The notes beneath the pieces were generated by a model. The model worked only from the letters and a program-made list of their open reading frames with translations. It did not search any database and was not told the DNA's origin. From the IMG/VR virus record IMGVR_UViG_3300040801_002290, positions 130,022-194,021 of that record: a DNA stretch of 64,000 nucleotides. The stretch is one strand, 5' to 3'. Numbering within the stretch: position 1 is the first letter of the stretch; each line of letters opens with the position of its first letter. Positions 63,955 through 64,000 of the stretch are shown piece after piece. The position numbers and the translations under genes are program-made. The DNA comes from a virus.

Positions 63955-64000
63955 ACCCCGTTCTGTACGATGAGCTTCACGACGCCCTGTCGGATATCTA
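63951..64000 (+). CDS. Partial ORF at window edge
   Basis: ATGA overlap and AAGGAG SD; MNPVLYDELHDALSDI... Confidence 0.5.
   Translation, partial: MNPVLYDELHDALSDI

Noticed and set aside
471-63980. Many short antisense or overlapping ORFs in the supplied track (e.g. 471-803, 3048-3341, 12040-12423, 55545-55889, 57804-58193, 59259-59600, 60024-60425, 62607-62963)
   Set aside because: They shadow longer or better-supported genes on the opposite strand or frame and lack promoters, SD or coupling signals.

Overview
The window looks like part of a large tailed dsDNA phage genome: it has a portal, a family A DNA polymerase and many fibre/adhesin genes, and no host housekeeping operons. Phage identity and any host assignment are inference. 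Three zones. (1) 1-40 kb, mostly minus strand, about 40% GC on a spot count: virion/fibre genes, a 1779-aa multi-domain polysaccharide-degrading protein, portal and DNA polymerase. A CCA-adding/HD enzyme and a SPOUT-type RNA methyltransferase sit inside structural operons. (2) 37.8-54.7 kb: about nine paralogs sharing a 60-70-aa N-terminal module fused to divergent beta-propeller-like or Ig-like bodies. (3) After a repeat-rich junction at 54.66-54.95 kb, a higher-GC plus-strand array of about 35 tiny ORFs organised as cassettes. Most cassettes carry a mainly leaderless promoter from one of two classes: TTGAC-17-TANNNT, or a TTCTCAT box 11-12 nt upstream of the -10. An asymmetric 21-bp motif (GGGCnGCnnAAAnCGTCAAAA) occurs 20 times in both orientations between them. 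One cassette has no convincing ORF and instead yields a structured ~180-nt RNA with a tRNA(Asn)-like cloverleaf. GATC appears strongly avoided. All family assignments come from motif recognition by eye, with no database searches.
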